Assembly (NCBI GenBank): GCA_964016885.1 | Contig: OZ024742.1 | Span: 6,820,001-6,884,000 of the forward strand | Length of the DNA stretch: 64,000 nt | Source: Eledone cirrhosa | Lineage: Eukaryota | Direction of reading: 5' to 3' | Part shown: piece by piece, positions 15,001 to 30,000 of the stretch | Layout of the letters: every line of letters begins with the position of its first letter | Position numbering within the stretch: position 1 is the stretch's first letter | The notes under the pieces: model-generated | The model's database searches: none | Told to the model about the DNA's origin: nothing | Seen by the model: the letters and a program-made list of their open reading frames with translations, nothing else | Made by a program: the position numbers and the translations under genes

Positions 15001-18000
15001 TTTGATAGCGTGTGATAACCTGTGAGTGTGTGACTGTATGTGATATTGTGTGAGTGTGTGAGTGTATGTGATAGCCTGTTAGTGTGTGAGTGTATGTGAT
15101 AGCGTGTGAGTGTGTGAGTGTATGTGATAGCATGTGAGTGTGTGAGTGAATGTGATAGCGTGTGAGTGTGTGAGTGTATGTGATAGCATGTGACTGTTTG
15201 TGAGTGTATGTGATAGCATTTGAGTGTGTGAGTGTATGTGAGAGCATGTGAGAGTGTGAGTGTATGTGATAGCATGTGAGTGTGTGAGTGTATGTGATAG
15301 CAGGTGAGTGTGTGAGTGTATGTGATAGCATGTGAGAGTGTGAGTGTATGTGATAGCATGTGAGTGTGTGAGTGTATGTGATAGCGTGTGAGTGTGTGAG
15401 TGTATGTGATAGCGTGTGAGTGTGTGAGTGTATGTGATAGAGTGTGATTGTGTGAGTGTATGTGATAGCGTATGTGTGTGTGTGAGTGTATGTGATAGCA
15501 TGTGAGTGTGTGAGTGTATGTGATAGCGTGTGATTGTGTGAGTGTATGTGATAGCGTATGTGTGTGTGTGAGTGTATGTGATAGCATATGAGTGTGTGAG
15601 TGTATGTGATAGCGTGTGAGTGTGTGAGTGTATGTGATAGCGTATGTGTGTGTGTGAGTTTATGTGATAGCATTTGAGTGTGTGAGTGTATGTGATAGCA
15701 TGTGAGTGTGTGAGTGTATGTGTGTATGTGATAGCATGTGAGTGAGGTGAGTGTATGTGATAGCGTGTGAGTGTGTGAGTGTATGTGATAGCGCGTGAGT
15801 GTGTGATTGTATGTGATAGCATGTGAGTGTGTGAGTGTATGTGATAGCCTGTGAGTGTGTGAGTGTATGTGATAGCGTGTGATAGCATGTGAGTGTATGT
15901 GATAGCGTGTGAGTGTGTGAGTGTATGTGATAGCGTGTGAGTGTGTGAGTGTATGTGATAGCGTGTGATAGAATGTGAGTGTGTGAGGGTACGTGATAGC
16001 GTGTTATAGCATGCGAGTGTGTAAGTGTATGTGATAGCATGTGAGTGTGTGAGTGTATGCGATAGCATGTAAGTGTGTGAGTGTATGGGATAGCGTGTGA
16101 TAGCATGTGAGTGTGTGAGTGTATGTGATAGCGTGTGATAGAATGTGAGTGTCTGAGGGTATGTGATAGCGTGTTATAGCATGCGAGTGTGTAAGTATAT
16201 GTGATAGCGTGTGAGTGTGTGAGTGTATGTGATAGCGTGTGAGTGTGTGAGTGTATGTGATAGCATGTGAGTGTGTGAGTGTATGTGATAGCGTGTGAGT
16301 GTGTAAGTGTGTGAGTGTATGTGATAGCAGGTGAGTGTGTGAGTGTATGTGATAGCATGTGAGTGTGTGAGTGTATGTGATAGTGTGTGAGTGCATGTGA
16401 TAGCATCTGAGTGTGTGAGTGTATGTGATAGGATGTGTGTGTGTGAGTGTATGTGATAGCGTGTGAGTATATGTGATAGCGTGTGAGTGTGTGAGTGTAT
16501 GTGATAGCATGTGAGTGTGTGAGTGTATGTGATAGCGTGTGAGTGTGTAAGTGTGTGAGTGTATGTGATAGCATGTGAGTGTGTGAGTGTATGTGATACC
16601 GTGTGAGTGTGTGAGTGTATGTGATAGCGCGTGAGTGTGTGAGTGTATGTGATAGCATGTGAGTGTGTGAGTGTATGTGATAGCGTGTGGTAGTGTGTGA
16701 TAGCATGTGAGTGTGTGAGTGTATGTGATAGCGTGTGAGTGTGTGAGTGTATGTGATAGCATGTGAGTGTGTGAGTGTATGTGATAGCGTGTGAGTGTGT
16801 GAGTGTATGTGATAGTATCTGATTGTGTGAGTGTATGTGATAGCATGTGAGTGTGTGAGTGTATGTGATAGCGTGTGAGTGTGTGAGTGTATGTTATAGC
16901 GTGTGAGTGTGTGAGTGTATGTGATAGCGTGTGATAGCATGTGAGTGTGTGAGTGTTTGTGATAGCATGTGAGTGTGTAAGTGTATGTGATAGCATGTGA
17001 GTGTGTGAGTGTATGTGATAGCGTGTGAGTGTGTGAGTGTGTGAGTGTATGTGATCGCATGTGAGTGTGTGAGTGTATGTGATAGCATGTGAGTGTGTGA
17101 GTGTATGTGATAGGATGTATGTTTGTGAGTGTATGTGATAGCATGTGAGTGTGTGAGTGTATTTGATAGCGTGTGAGTGTGTGAGTGTATGTGATAGCGT
17201 GTGAGTGTGTGAGTGTATTTGATAGCGTGTGAGTGTGTGAGTGTATGTGATAGCGTGTGAGTGTCTTAGTGTATGTTATAGCGTGTGAGTGTGTGAGTGT
17301 ATGTGATAGGGTGTGATAGCATGTGAGTGTGTGAGTGTATGTGATAGCGTGTGAGTATGTGAGTGTATGTGATAGCATGTGATAGCCTGTGAGTGTGTGA
17401 GTGTATGTGATAGCGTGTGAGTGTGTGAGTGTGTGAGTGTAAGCGATAGCATGTGAGTGTGTGAGTGTATGTGATAGCGTGTGAGTGTGTGAGTGTATGA
17501 GATAGCGTGTTAGTGTGTGAGTGTATGTGACAGCGTGTGAGTGTGTGAGTGTATGTGATAGCATGTGAGTGTGTGAGTGTATGTGACAGCGTGTGAGTGT
17601 GTGAGTGTTTGTGATAGCATGTGAGTGTGTGAGTGTATGTGATAGCGTCTGAGTGTGTGAGTGTATGTGATAGCATGTGAGTAAGTGAGTGTATGTGATA
17701 GCATGTGAGTGTGTGAGTGTATGTGATAGCGTGTGAGTGTTTGAGTGTATGTGATAACATGTGAGTGTGTGAGTGTATGTGATAGCGGGTGAGTGTGTGA
17801 GTGTATGTGATAGCATGTGAGAGTGTGAGTGTATGTGATAGCGTGTGAGTGTGTGAGTGTATGTGATAGCGTGTGATAGCCTGTGAGTGTGTGAGTGTAT
17901 GTGATAGCGTGTGAGTGTGTGAGTGTACGTGATTGCGTGTGATAGCCTGTGAGTGTGTGAGTGTATGTGATAGCGTGTGAATGTGTGAGTGTATGTGATA

Positions 18001-21000
18001 GCGTGTGAGTGTATGAATGTATGTGATAGCATGTGAGTGTGTGAGTGTATGTGATAGCATGTGAGTGTGTGAGTGTGTGTGATAGCGTGTGATAGCATAT
18101 GAGTGTGTGAGTGTATGTGATAGCGTGTGAGTGTGTGAATGTATGTGATAGCGTGTGATAGCGTGTGATAGCATGAGCGGGTGTGAGTGTATGTGATAGC
18201 ATGTGAGTGTGTGAGTGTATGTGATAGCATGTGAGTGTGTGAGTGTATGTGAAAGCGTGTGAGTGTGTGAGTGTATGTGATAGCGTGTGAGTGTGTGAGT
18301 GTATGTGATAGCTTGTGAGTGTGTGAGTGTATGTGATAGCGTGTGAGTGTGCGAGTGTATGTGATAGCGTGTGATAGCCTGTGAGTGTGTGAGTGTATGT
18401 GATAGCGTGTGATAGCATGTGAGTGTGTGAGTGTATGTGATAGCGTGTAAGTGTGTGAGTGTATGTGATAGCGTGTTATAGCCTGTGAGTGTGTGAGTGT
18501 ATGTGATAGCGTTGGAGTGTGTGAGTGTATGTGATAGCGTGTGAGTGTGTGTGTGTGTGTGATAGCATGTTAGTGTGAGTGTATGTGATAGCATGTTGGT
18601 GTGTGAATGTGTGTGATAGCGTGTGATAGCATATGAGTGTGTGAGTGTATGTGATAGCGTGTGAGTGTGTGAGTGTATCTGATAGCATGTGAGTGTGTGA
18701 GTGTATGTGATAGAGTGTGAGTGTGCTAGTGTATGTGATAGCGTGTGAGTGTGTGAGTGTATGTGATAGCGTGTGATAACCTGTGAGTGTGTGACTGTAT
18801 GTGATATTGTGTGAGTGTGTGAGTGTATGTGATAGCGTGTTAGTGTGTGAGTGTATGTGATAGCGTGTGAGTGTGTGAGTGTATGTGATAGCATGTGAGT
18901 GTGTGAGTGTATGTGATAGCGTGTGAGTGTGTGAGTGTATGTGATAGCATGTGACTGTTTGTGAGTGTATGTGATAGCATTTGAGTGTGTGAGTGTATGT
19001 GATAGCATGTGAGAGTGTGAGTGTATGTGATAGCATGTGAGTGTGTGAGTGTATGTGATAGCAGGTGAGTGTGTGAGTGTACGTGATAGCATGTGAGAGT
19101 GTGAGTGTATGTGATAGCATGTGAGTGTGTGAGTGTATGTGATAGCGTGTGAGTGTGTGAGTGTATGTGATAGCGTGTGAGTGTGTGAGTGTATGTGATA
19201 GAGTGTGATTGTGTGAGTGTATGTGATAGCGTATGTGTGTGTGTGAGTGTATGTGATAGCATGTGAGTGTGTGAGTGTATGTGATAGCGTGTGATTGTGT
19301 GAGTGTATGTGATAGCGTATGTGTGTGTGTGAGTGTATGTGATAGCGTGTGAGTGTGTGAGTGTATGTGATAGCGTATGTGTGTGTGTGAGTTTATGTGA
19401 TAGCATGTGATTGTGTGAGTGTATGTGTGTATGTGATAGCATGTGAGTGAGGGGAGTGTATGTGATAGCGTGTGAGTGTGTGAGTGTATGTGATAGCGCG
19501 TGAGTGTGTGATTGTATGTGATAGCATGTGAGTGTGTGAGTGTATGTGATAGCCTGTGAGTGTGTGAGTGTATGTGATAGCATGTGAGTGTATGTGATAG
19601 CGTGTGAGTGTGTGAGTGTATGTGATAGCGTGTGAGTGTGTGAGTGTATGTGATAGCGTGTGATAGAATGTGAGTGTGTGAGGGTACGTGATAGCGTGTT
19701 ATAGCATGCGAGTGTGTAAGTGTATGTGATAGCATGTGAGTGTGTGAGTGTATGCGATAGCATGTGAGTGTGTGAGTGTATGGGATAGCGTGTGATAGCA
19801 TGTGAGTGTGTGAGTGTATGTGATAGCGTGTGATAGAATGTGAGTGTGTGAGGGTATGTGATAGCGTGTTATAGCATGCGAGTGTGTAAGTATATGTGAT
19901 AGCATGTGAGTGTGTGAGTGTATGTGATAGCGTGTGAGTGTGTGTGTGTATGTGATAGCATGTGAGTGTGTGAGTGTATGTGATAGCATGTGAGTGTGTG
20001 AGTGTATGTGATAGCGTGTGAGTGTGTAAGTGTGTGAGTGTATGTGATAGCAGGTGAGTGTGTGAGTGTATGTGATAGCATGTGAGTGTGTGAGTGTATG
20101 TGATAGTGTGTGAGTGCATGTGATAGCATCTGAGTGTGTGAGTGTATGTGATAGGATGTGTGTGTGTGAGTGTATGTGATAGCGTGTGAGTATATGTGAT
20201 AGCGTGTGAGTGTGTGAGTGTATGTGATAGCATGTGAGTGTGTGAGTGTATGTGATAGCGTGTGAGTGTGTAAGTGTGTGAGTGTATGTGATAGCATGTG
20301 AGTGTGTGAGTGTATGTGATAGCGTGTGAGTGTGTGAGTGTATGTGATAGTATCTGATTGTGTGAGTGTATGTGATAGCATGTGAGTGTGTGAGTGTATG
20401 TGATAGCGTGTGAGTGTGTGAGTGTATGTTATAGCGTGTGAGTGTGTGAGTGTATGTGATAGCGTGTGATAGCATGTGAGTGTGTGAGTGTTTGTGATAG
20501 CATGTGAGTGTGTAAGTGTATGTGATAGCATGTGAGTGTGTGAGTGTATGTGATGGCGTGTGAGTGTGTGAGTGTGTGAGTGTATGTGATAGCATGTGAG
20601 TGTGTGAGTGTATGTGATAGGATGTATGTGTGTGAGTGTATGTGATAGCATGTGAGTGTGTGAGTGTATTTGATAGCGTGTGAGTGTGTGAGTGTATGTG
20701 ATAGCGTGTGAGTGTGTGAGTGTATTTGATAGCGTGTGAGTGTGTGAGTGTATGTGATAGCGTGTGAGTGTCTGAGTGTATGTTATAGCGTGTGAGTGTG
20801 TGAGTGTATGTGATAGCGTGTGATAGCATGTGAGTGTGTGAGTGTATGTGATAGCGTGTGAGTATGTGAGTGTATGTGATAGCATGTGATAGCCTGTGAG
20901 TGTGTGAGTGTATGTGATAGCGTGTGAGTGTGTGAGTGTGTGAGTGTAAGTGATAGCATGTGAGTGTGTGAGTGTATGTGATAGCGTGTGAGTGTGTGAG

Positions 21001-24000
21001 TGTATGAGATAGCGTGTTAGTGTGTGAGTGTATGTGACAGCGTGTGAGTGTGTGAGTGTATGTGATAGCATGTGAGTGTGTGAGTGTATGTGACAGCGTG
21101 TGAGTGTGTGATTGTTTGTGATAGCATGTGAGTGTGTGAGTGTATGTGATAGCGTGTGAGTGTGTGAGTGTATGTGATAGCATGTGAGTAAGTGAGTGTA
21201 TGTGATAGCATGTGAGTGTGTGAGTGTATGTGATAGCGTGTGAGTGTTTGAGTGTATGTGATAACATGTGGGTGTGTGAGTGTATGTGATAGCGGGTGAG
21301 TGTGTGAGTGTATGTGATAGCATGTGAGAGTGTGAGTGTATGTGATAGCGTGTGAGTGTGTGAGTGTATGTGGTAGCGTGTGATAGCCTGTGAGTGTGTG
21401 AGTGTATGTGATAGCGTGTGAGTGTGTGAGTGTACGTGATTGCGTGTGATAGCCTGTGAGTGTGTGAGTGTATGTGATAGCGTGTGAATGTGTGAGTGTA
21501 TGTGATAGCATGTGAGTGTGTGAGTGTATGTGATAGCGTGTGAGTGTATGAATGTATGTGATAGCATGTGAGTGTGTGAGTGTATGTGATAGCATGTGAG
21601 TGTGTGAGTGTGTGTGATAGCGTGTGATAGCATATGAGTGTGTGAGTGTATGTGATAGCGTGTGAGTGTGTGAATGTATGTGATAGCGTGTGATAGCGTG
21701 TGATAGCATGTGCGGGTGTGAGTGTATGTGATAGCATGTGAGTGTGTGAGTGTATGTGATAGCATGTAAGTGTATGAGTGTATGTGATAGCGTGTGATAG
21801 CATGGGAGTGTGTGAGTGTATGTGATAGCGTGTGATAGCATGTGAGTGTGTGAGTGTATGTGATAGCATGTGAGTGTGTGAGTGTATGTGATAGCGTGTG
21901 AGTGTGTGAGTGTGTGAGTGTGTGAGTGTATGTGATAGTATGTGAGTGTGTGAGTGTATGTGATAGGATGTATGTGTGTGAGTGTATGTGATAGCATGTG
22001 AGTGTGTGAGTGTATTTGATAGCGTGTGAGTGTGTGAGTGTATGTGATAGCGTGTGAGTGTGTGAGTGTATTTGATAGCGTGTGAGTGTGTGAGTGTATG
22101 TGATAGCGTGTGAGTGTCTGAGTGTATGTTATAGCGTGTGAGTGTGTGAGTGTATGTGATAGCGTGTGATAGCATGTGAGTGTGTGAGTGTATGTGATAG
22201 CGTGTGAGTATGTGAGTGTATGTGATAGCATGTGATAGCCTGTGAGTGTGTGAGTGTATGTGATAGAGTGTGAGTGTGTGAGTGTGTGAGTGTAAGTGAT
22301 AGCATGTGAGTGTGTGAGTGTATGTGATAGCATGTGAGTGTGTGAGTGTATGTGATAGCGTGTGAGTGTTTGAGTGTATGTGATAACATGTGGGTGTGTG
22401 AGTGTATGTGATAGCGGGTGAGTGTGTGAGTGTATGTGATAGCATGTGAGAGTGTGAGTGTATGTGATAGCGTGTGAGTGTGTGAGTGTATGTGGTAGCG
22501 TGTGATAGCCTGTGAGTGTGTGAGTGTATGTGATAGCGTGTGAGTGTGTGAGTGTACGTGATTGCGTGTGATAGCCTGTGAGTGTGTGAGTGTATGTGAT
22601 AGCGTGTGAATGTGTGAGTGTATGTGATAGCATGTGAGTGTGTGAGTGTATGTGATAGCGTGTGAGTGTATGAATGTATGTGATAGCATGTGAGTGTGTG
22701 AGTGTATGTGATAGCATGTGAGTGTGTGAGTGTGTGTGATAGCGTGTGATAGCATATGAGTGTGTGAGTGTATGTGATAGCGTGTGAGTGTGTGAATGTA
22801 TGTGATAGCGTGTGATAGCGTGTGATAGCATGTGCGGGTGTGAGTGTATGTGATAGCATGTGAGTGTGTGAGTGTATGTGATAGCATGTAAGTGTATGAG
22901 TGTATGTGATAGCGTGTGACAGCATGGGAGTGTGTGAGTGTATGTGATAGCGTGTGATAGCATGTGAGTGTGTGAGTGTATGTGATAGCATGTGAGTGTG
23001 TGAGTGTATGTGATAGCGTGTGAGTGTGTGAGTGTGTGAGTGTGTGAGTGTATGTGATAGTATGTGAGTGTGTGAGTGTATGTGATAGGATGTATGTGTG
23101 TGAGTGTATGTGATAGCATGTGAGTGTGTGAGTGTATTTGATAGCGTGTGAGTGTGTGAGTGTATGTGATAGCGTGTGAGTGTGTGAGTGTATTTGATAG
23201 CGTGTGAGTGTGTGAGTGTATGTGATAGCGTGTGAGTGTCTGAGTGTATGTTATAGCGTGTGAGTGTGTGAGTGTATGTGATAGCGTGTGATAGCATGTG
23301 AGTGTGTGAGTGTATGTGATAGCGTGTGAGTATGTGAGTGTATGTGATAGCATGTGATAGCCTGTGAGTGTGTGAGTGTATGTGATAGAGTGTGAGTGTG
23401 TGAGTGTGTGAGTGTAAGTGATAGCATGTGAGTGTGTGAGTGTATGTGATAGCGTGTGAGTGTGTGAGTGTATGAGATAGCGTGTTAGTGTGTGAGTGTA
23501 TGTGACAGCGTGTGAGTGTGTGAGTGTATGTGATAGCATGTGAGTGTGTGAGTGTATGTGACAGCGTGTGAGTGTGTGATTGTTTGTGATAGCATGTGAG
23601 TGTGTGAGTGTATGTGATAGCGTGTGAGTGTGTGAGTGTATGTGATAGCATGTGAGTAAGTGAGTGTATGTGATAGCATGTGAGTGTGTGAGTGTATGTG
23701 ATAGCGTGTGAGTGTTTGAGTGTATGTGATAACATGTGAGTGTGTGAGTGTATGTGATAGCGGGTGAGTGTGTGAGTGTATGTGATAGCATGTGAGAGTG
23801 TGAGTGTATGTGATAGCGTGTGAGTGTGTGAGTGTATGTGGTAGCGTGTGATAGCCTGTGAGTGTGTGAGTGTATGTGATAGCGTGTGAGTGTGTGAGTG
23901 TACGTGATTGCGTGTGATAGCCTGTGAGTGTGTGAGTGTATGTGATAGCGTGTGAATGTGTGAGTGTATGTGATAGCATGTGAGTGTTTGAGTGTATGTG

Positions 24001-27000
24001 ATAACATGTGAGTGTGTGAGTGTATGTGATAGCGGGTGAGTGTGTGAGTGTATGTGATAGCGTGTGAATGTGTGAGTGTATGTGATAGCATGTGAGTGTG
24101 TGAGTGTGTGTGATAGCGTGTGATAGCATATGAGTGTGTGAGTGTATGTGATAGCGTGTGAGTGTGTGAATGTATGTGATAGCGTGTGATAGCGTGTGAT
24201 AGCATGTGCGGGTGTGAGTGTATGTGATAGCATGTGAGTGTGTGAGTGTATGTGATAGCATGTAAGTGTATGAGTGTATGTGATAGCGTGTGATAGCATG
24301 GGAGTGTGTGAGTGTATGTGATAGCGTGTGATAGCATGTGAGTGTGTGAGTGTATGTGATAGCATGTGAGTGTGTGAGTGTATGTGATAGCGTGTGAGTG
24401 TGTGAGTGTGTGAATGTGTGAGTGTATGTGATAGTATGTGAGTGTGTGAGTGTATGTAATAGCCTGTGAGTGTGTGAGTGTATGTGATAGGATGTATGTG
24501 TGTGAGTGTATGTGATAGCATGTGAGTGTGTGAGTGTATTTGATAGCGTGTGAGTGTGTGAGTGTATGTGATAGCGTGTGAGTGTGTGAGTGTATTTGAT
24601 AGCGTGTGAGTGTGTGAGTGTATGTGATAGCGTGTGAGTGTCTGAGTGTATGTTATAGCGTGTGAGTGTGTGAGTGTATGTGATAGCGTGTGATAGCATG
24701 TGAGTGTGTGAGTGTATGTGATAGCGTGTGAGTATGTGAGTGTATGTGATAGCATGTGATAGCCTGTGAGTGTGTGAGTGTATGTGATAGAGTGTGAGTG
24801 TGTGAGTGTGTGAGTGTAAGTGATAGCATGTGAGTGTGTGAGTGTATGTGATAGCGTGTGAGTGTGTGAGTGTATGAGATAGCGTGTTAGTGTGTGAGTG
24901 TATGTGACAGCGTGTGAGTGTGTGAGTGTATGTGATAGCATGTGAGTGTGTGAGTGTATGTGACAGCGTGTGAGTGTGTGATTGTTTGTGATAGCATGTG
25001 AGTGTGTGAGTGTATGTGATAGCGTGTGAGTGTGTGAGTGTATGTGATAGCATGTGAGTAAGTGAGTGTATGTGATAGCATGTGAGTGTGTGAGTGTATG
25101 TGATAGCGTGTGAGTGTTTGAGTGTATGTGATAACATGTGAGTGTGTGAGTGTATGTGATAGCGGGTGAGTGTGTGAGTGTATGTGATAGCATGTGAGAG
25201 TGTGAGTGTATGTGATAGCGTGTGAGTGTGTGAGTGTATGTGGTAGCGTGTGATAGCCTGTGAGTGTGTGAGTGTATGTGATAGCGTGTGAGTGTGTGAG
25301 TGTACGTGATTGCGTGTGATAGCCTGTGAGTGTGTGAGTGTATGTGATAGCGTGTGAATGTGTGAGTGTATGTGATAGCATGTGAGTGTTTGAGTGTATG
25401 TGATAACATGTGAGTGTGTGAGTGTATGTGATAGCGGGTGAGTGTGTGAGTGTATGTGATAGCGTGTGAATGTGTGAGTGTATGTGATAGCATGTGAGTG
25501 TGTGAGTGTGTGTGATAGCGTGTGATAGCATATGAGTGTGTGAGTGTATGTGATAGCGTGTGAGTGTGTGAATGTATGTGATAGCGTGTGATAGCGTGTG
25601 ATAGCATGTGCGGGTGTGAGTGTATGTGATAGCATGTGAGTGTGTGAGTGTATGTGATAGCATGTAAGTGTATGAGTGTATGTGATAGCGTGTGATAGCA
25701 TGGGAGTGTGTGAGTGTATGTGATAGCGTGTGATAGCATGTGAGTGTGTGAGTGTATGTGATAGCATGTGAGTGTGTGAGTGTATGTGATAGCGTGTGAG
25801 TGTGTGAGTGTGTGAGTGTGTGAGTGTATGTGATAGTATGTGAGTGTGTGAGTGTATGTAATAGCCTGTGAGTGTGTGAGTGTATGTGACAGCTTGTGAG
25901 TGTCTGAGTGTAATTTATAGCGTGTGAGTGTGTGAGTGTATGTGATAGCGTGTGATAGCATGTGAGTGTGTGAGTGTATGTGATAGCGTGTGAGTGTGTG
26001 AGTGTATGTGATAACATGTGAGTGTGTGAGTGTATGTGATAGCAGGTGAGTGTGTGAGTGTATGTGATAGCATGTGAGAGTGTGAGTGTATGTGATAGCA
26101 TGTGAGTGTGTGAGTGTATGTGATAGCGTGTGAGTGTGTGAGCGTATGTGATTGCGTGTGATAGCCTGTGAGTGTGTGAGTGTATGTGATAGCGTGTGAG
26201 TGTGTGAGTGTATGTGATAGCGTGTGATAGCATGTGTGTGTGTGAGTGTATGTGATAGCATGTGAGTGTGTGAGTGTATGTGATAGCGTGTGAGTGTGTC
26301 AGTGTATGTGATAGCGTGTGAGTGTGTGAGTGTATGTGATAGCGTGTGAGTGTGTGAGTGTGTGAGTGTATGTGATAGCGTGTGAGTGTGTGAGTGTATG
26401 TGATAGCGTGTGAGTGTATGTGATAGCATGTGAGTGTGTGAGTGTATGTGATAGCGTGTGAGTGTGTGAGTGTATGTGATAGCATGTGAGTGTGTAAGTC
26501 TATATGATAGCATGTGAGTGTGTGAGTGTATGTGATAGCGTGTGAGTGTGTGAGTGTATGAGTGTATGTGATAGCGTGTGAGTGTGTGTGTGTATGTGAT
26601 AGCATGTGACTGTGTGAGTCTATATGATAGCGTGTGAGTGTGTGAGTGTATGAGATAGCGTGTGCTAGCCTGTGAGTGTGTGAGTGTATGTGATAGCGTG
26701 TGATAGCCTGTGAGTGTGTTAGTGTATGTGATAGCGTGTGAGTGTGTGAGTGTATATGATAGCGTGTGAGTGTATGAGTGTATGTGATAGCATGTGAGTG
26801 TGTGAGTGTATGTGATAGCATGTGAGTGTGTGAGTGTGTGTGATAGCGTGTGATAGCATATGAGTGTGTGAGTGTATGTGATAGCGTGTGAGTGTGTGAG
26901 TGTATGTGATAGCGTGTGATAGCGTGTGATAGTATGTGAGTGTGCGAGTGTATGTGATAGCGTGTGAGTGTGTGAGTGTATGTGATAGCGTGTGATAGCA

Positions 27001-30000
27001 TGTGAGTGTGTGAGTGTTTGTGATAGCATGTGAGTGTGTAAGTGTATGTGATAGCATGTGAGTGTGTGAGTGTATGTGATGGCGTGTGAGTGTGTGAGTG
27101 TGTGAGTGTATGTGATCGCATGTGAGTGTGTGAGTGTATGTGAAAGCATGTGAGTGTGTGAGTGTATGTGATAGGATGTATGTGTGTGAGTGTATGTGAT
27201 AGCATGTGAGTGTGTGAGTGTATTTGATAGCGTGTGAGTGCGTGAGTGTATGTGATAGCGTGTGAGTGTGTGAGTGTATTTGATAGCGTGTGAGTGTGTG
27301 AGTGTATGTGATAGCGTGTGAGTGTCTGAGTGTATGTTATAGCGTGTGAGTGTGTGAGTGTATGTGATAGTGTGTGATAGCATGTGAGTGTGTGAGTGTA
27401 TGTGATAGCGTGTGAGTATGTGAGTGTATGTGATAGCATGTGATAGCCTTTGAGTGTGTGAGTGTATGTGATAGCGTGTGAGTGTGTGAGTGTGTGAGTG
27501 TAAGTCATAGCATGTGAGTGTGTGACTGTATGTGATAGCGTGTGAGTGTGTGAGTGTATGAGATAGCGTGTTAGTGTGTGAGTGTATGTGACAGCGTGTG
27601 AGTGTGTGAGTGTATGTGATAGCATGTGAGTGTGTGAGTGTATGTGACAGCGTGTGAGTGTGTGAGTGTTTGTGATAGCATGTGAGTGTGTGAGTGTATG
27701 TGATAGCGTCTGAGTGTGTGAGTGTATGTGATAGCATGTGAGTAAGTGAGTGTATGTGATAGCATGTGAGTGTGTGAGTGTATGTGATAGCGTGTGAGTG
27801 TTTGAGTGTATGTGATAACATGTGAGTGTGTGAGTGTATGTGATAGCGGGTGAGTGTGTGAGTGTATGTGATAGCATGTGAGAGTGTGAGTGTATGTGAT
27901 AGCGTGTGAGTGTGTGAGTGTATGTGGTAGCGTGTGATAGCCTGTGAGTGTGTGAGTGTATGTGATAGCGTGTGAATGTGTGAGTGTATGTGATAGCGTG
28001 TAAGTGTATGAATGTATGTGATAGCATGTGAGTGTGTGAGTGTATGTGATAGCATGTGAGTGTGTGAGTGTGTGTGATAGCGTGTGATAGCATATGAGTG
28101 TGTGAGTGTATGTGATAGCGTGTGAGTGTGTGAATGTATGTGATAGCGTGTGATAGCATGTGATAGCATGTGCGGGTGTGAGTGTATGTGATAGCATGTG
28201 AGTGTGTGAGTGTATGTGATAGCATGTAAGTGTATGAGTGTATGTGATAGCGTGTGATAGCATGGGAGTGTGTGAGTGTATGTGATAGCGTGTGATAGCA
28301 TGTGAGTGTGTGAGTGTATGTGATAGCATGTGAGTGTGTGAGTGTATGTGATAGCGTGTGAGTGTGTGAGTGTGTGAGTGTGTGAGTGTATGTGATAGTA
28401 TGTGAGTGTGTGAGTGTATGTAATAGCATGTGAGTGTGTGAGTGTATGTGACAGCTTGTAAGTGTCTGAGTGTAATTTATAGCGTGTGAGTGTGTGAGTG
28501 TATGTGATAGCGTGTGATAGCATGTGAGTGTGTGAGTGTATGTGATAGCGTGTGAGTGTGTGAGTGTATGTGATAACATGTGAGTGTGTGAGTGTATGTG
28601 ATAGCAGGTGAGTGTGTGAGTGTATGTGATAGCATGTGAGAGTGTGAGTGTATGTGATAGCATGTGAGTGTGTGAGTGTATGTGTTAGCGTGTGAGTGTG
28701 TGAGTGTATGTGATTGCGTGTGATAGCCTGTGAGTGTGTGAGTGTATGTGATAGCGTGTGAGTGTGTGAGTGTATGTGATAGCGTGTGATAGCATGTGTG
28801 TGTGTGAGTGTATGTGATAGCATGTGAGTGTGTGAGTGTATGTGATAGCGTGTGAGTGTGTCAGTGTATGTGATAGCGTGTGAGTGTGTGAGTGTGTGAG
28901 TGTATGTGATAGCGTGTGAGTGTGTGAGTGTATGTGATAGCGTGTGAGTGTATGTGATAGCATGTGAGTGTGTGAGAGTATGTGATAGCGTGTGAGTGTG
29001 TGAGTGTATGTGATAGCATGTGAGTGTGTAAGTCTATATGATAGCATGTGAGTGTGTGAGTGTATGTGATAGCGTGTGAGTGTGTGAGTGTATGAGTGTA
29101 TGTGATAGCGTGTGAGTGTGTGAGTGTATGTGATAGCATGTGACTGTGTGAGTCTATATGATAGCGTGTGAGTGTGTGAGTGTATGTGATAGCGTGTGCT
29201 AGCCTGTGAGTGTGTGAGTGTATGTGATAGCGTGTGATAGCCTGTGAGTGTGTTAGTGTATGTGATAGCGTGTGAGTGTGTGAGTGTATATGATAGCGTG
29301 TGAGTGTATGAGTGTATGTGATAGCATGTGAGTGTGTGAGTGTATGTGATAGCATGTGAGTGTGTGAGTGTGTGTGATAGCGTGTGATAGCATATGAGTG
29401 TGTGAGTGTATGTGATAGCGTGTGAGTGTGTGAGTGTATGTGATAGCGTGTGATAGTATGTGAGTGTGCGAGTGTATGTGATAGCGTGTGAGTGTGTGAG
29501 TGTATGTGATAGCGTGTGAGTGTGTGAGTGTATGTGATAGCGTGTGAGTGTGTGAGTGTATGTGAAAGCGTGTGAGTGTGTGAGTGTATGTGATAGCGTG
29601 TGATGGCCTGTGAGTGTGTGAGTGTATGTGATAGCGTGTGAGTGTGTGAGTGTATGTGATAGCATGTGAGTGTGTGAGCGTATGTGATAGCATGTGAGTG
29701 TGTGAGTGTGTGTGATAACGTGTGATAGCATGTGAGTGTGTGAGTCTATATGATATCATGTGATTCTGCGAGTGTATGTGATAGCGTGTGAGTGTGTGAG
29801 TGTATGTGATAGCGTGTGAGTGTGTGAGTGTATGTGATAGCGTGTGAGTGTGTGAGTGTATGTGATAGCGTGTGATGACCTGTGAGTGTGTGAGTGTATG
29901 TGATAGCGTGTGAGTGTGTGAGTGTATGTGATAGCATGTGAGCGTGTGAGCGTATGTGATAGCATGTGAGTGTGTGAGTGTGTGTGATAACGTGTGATAG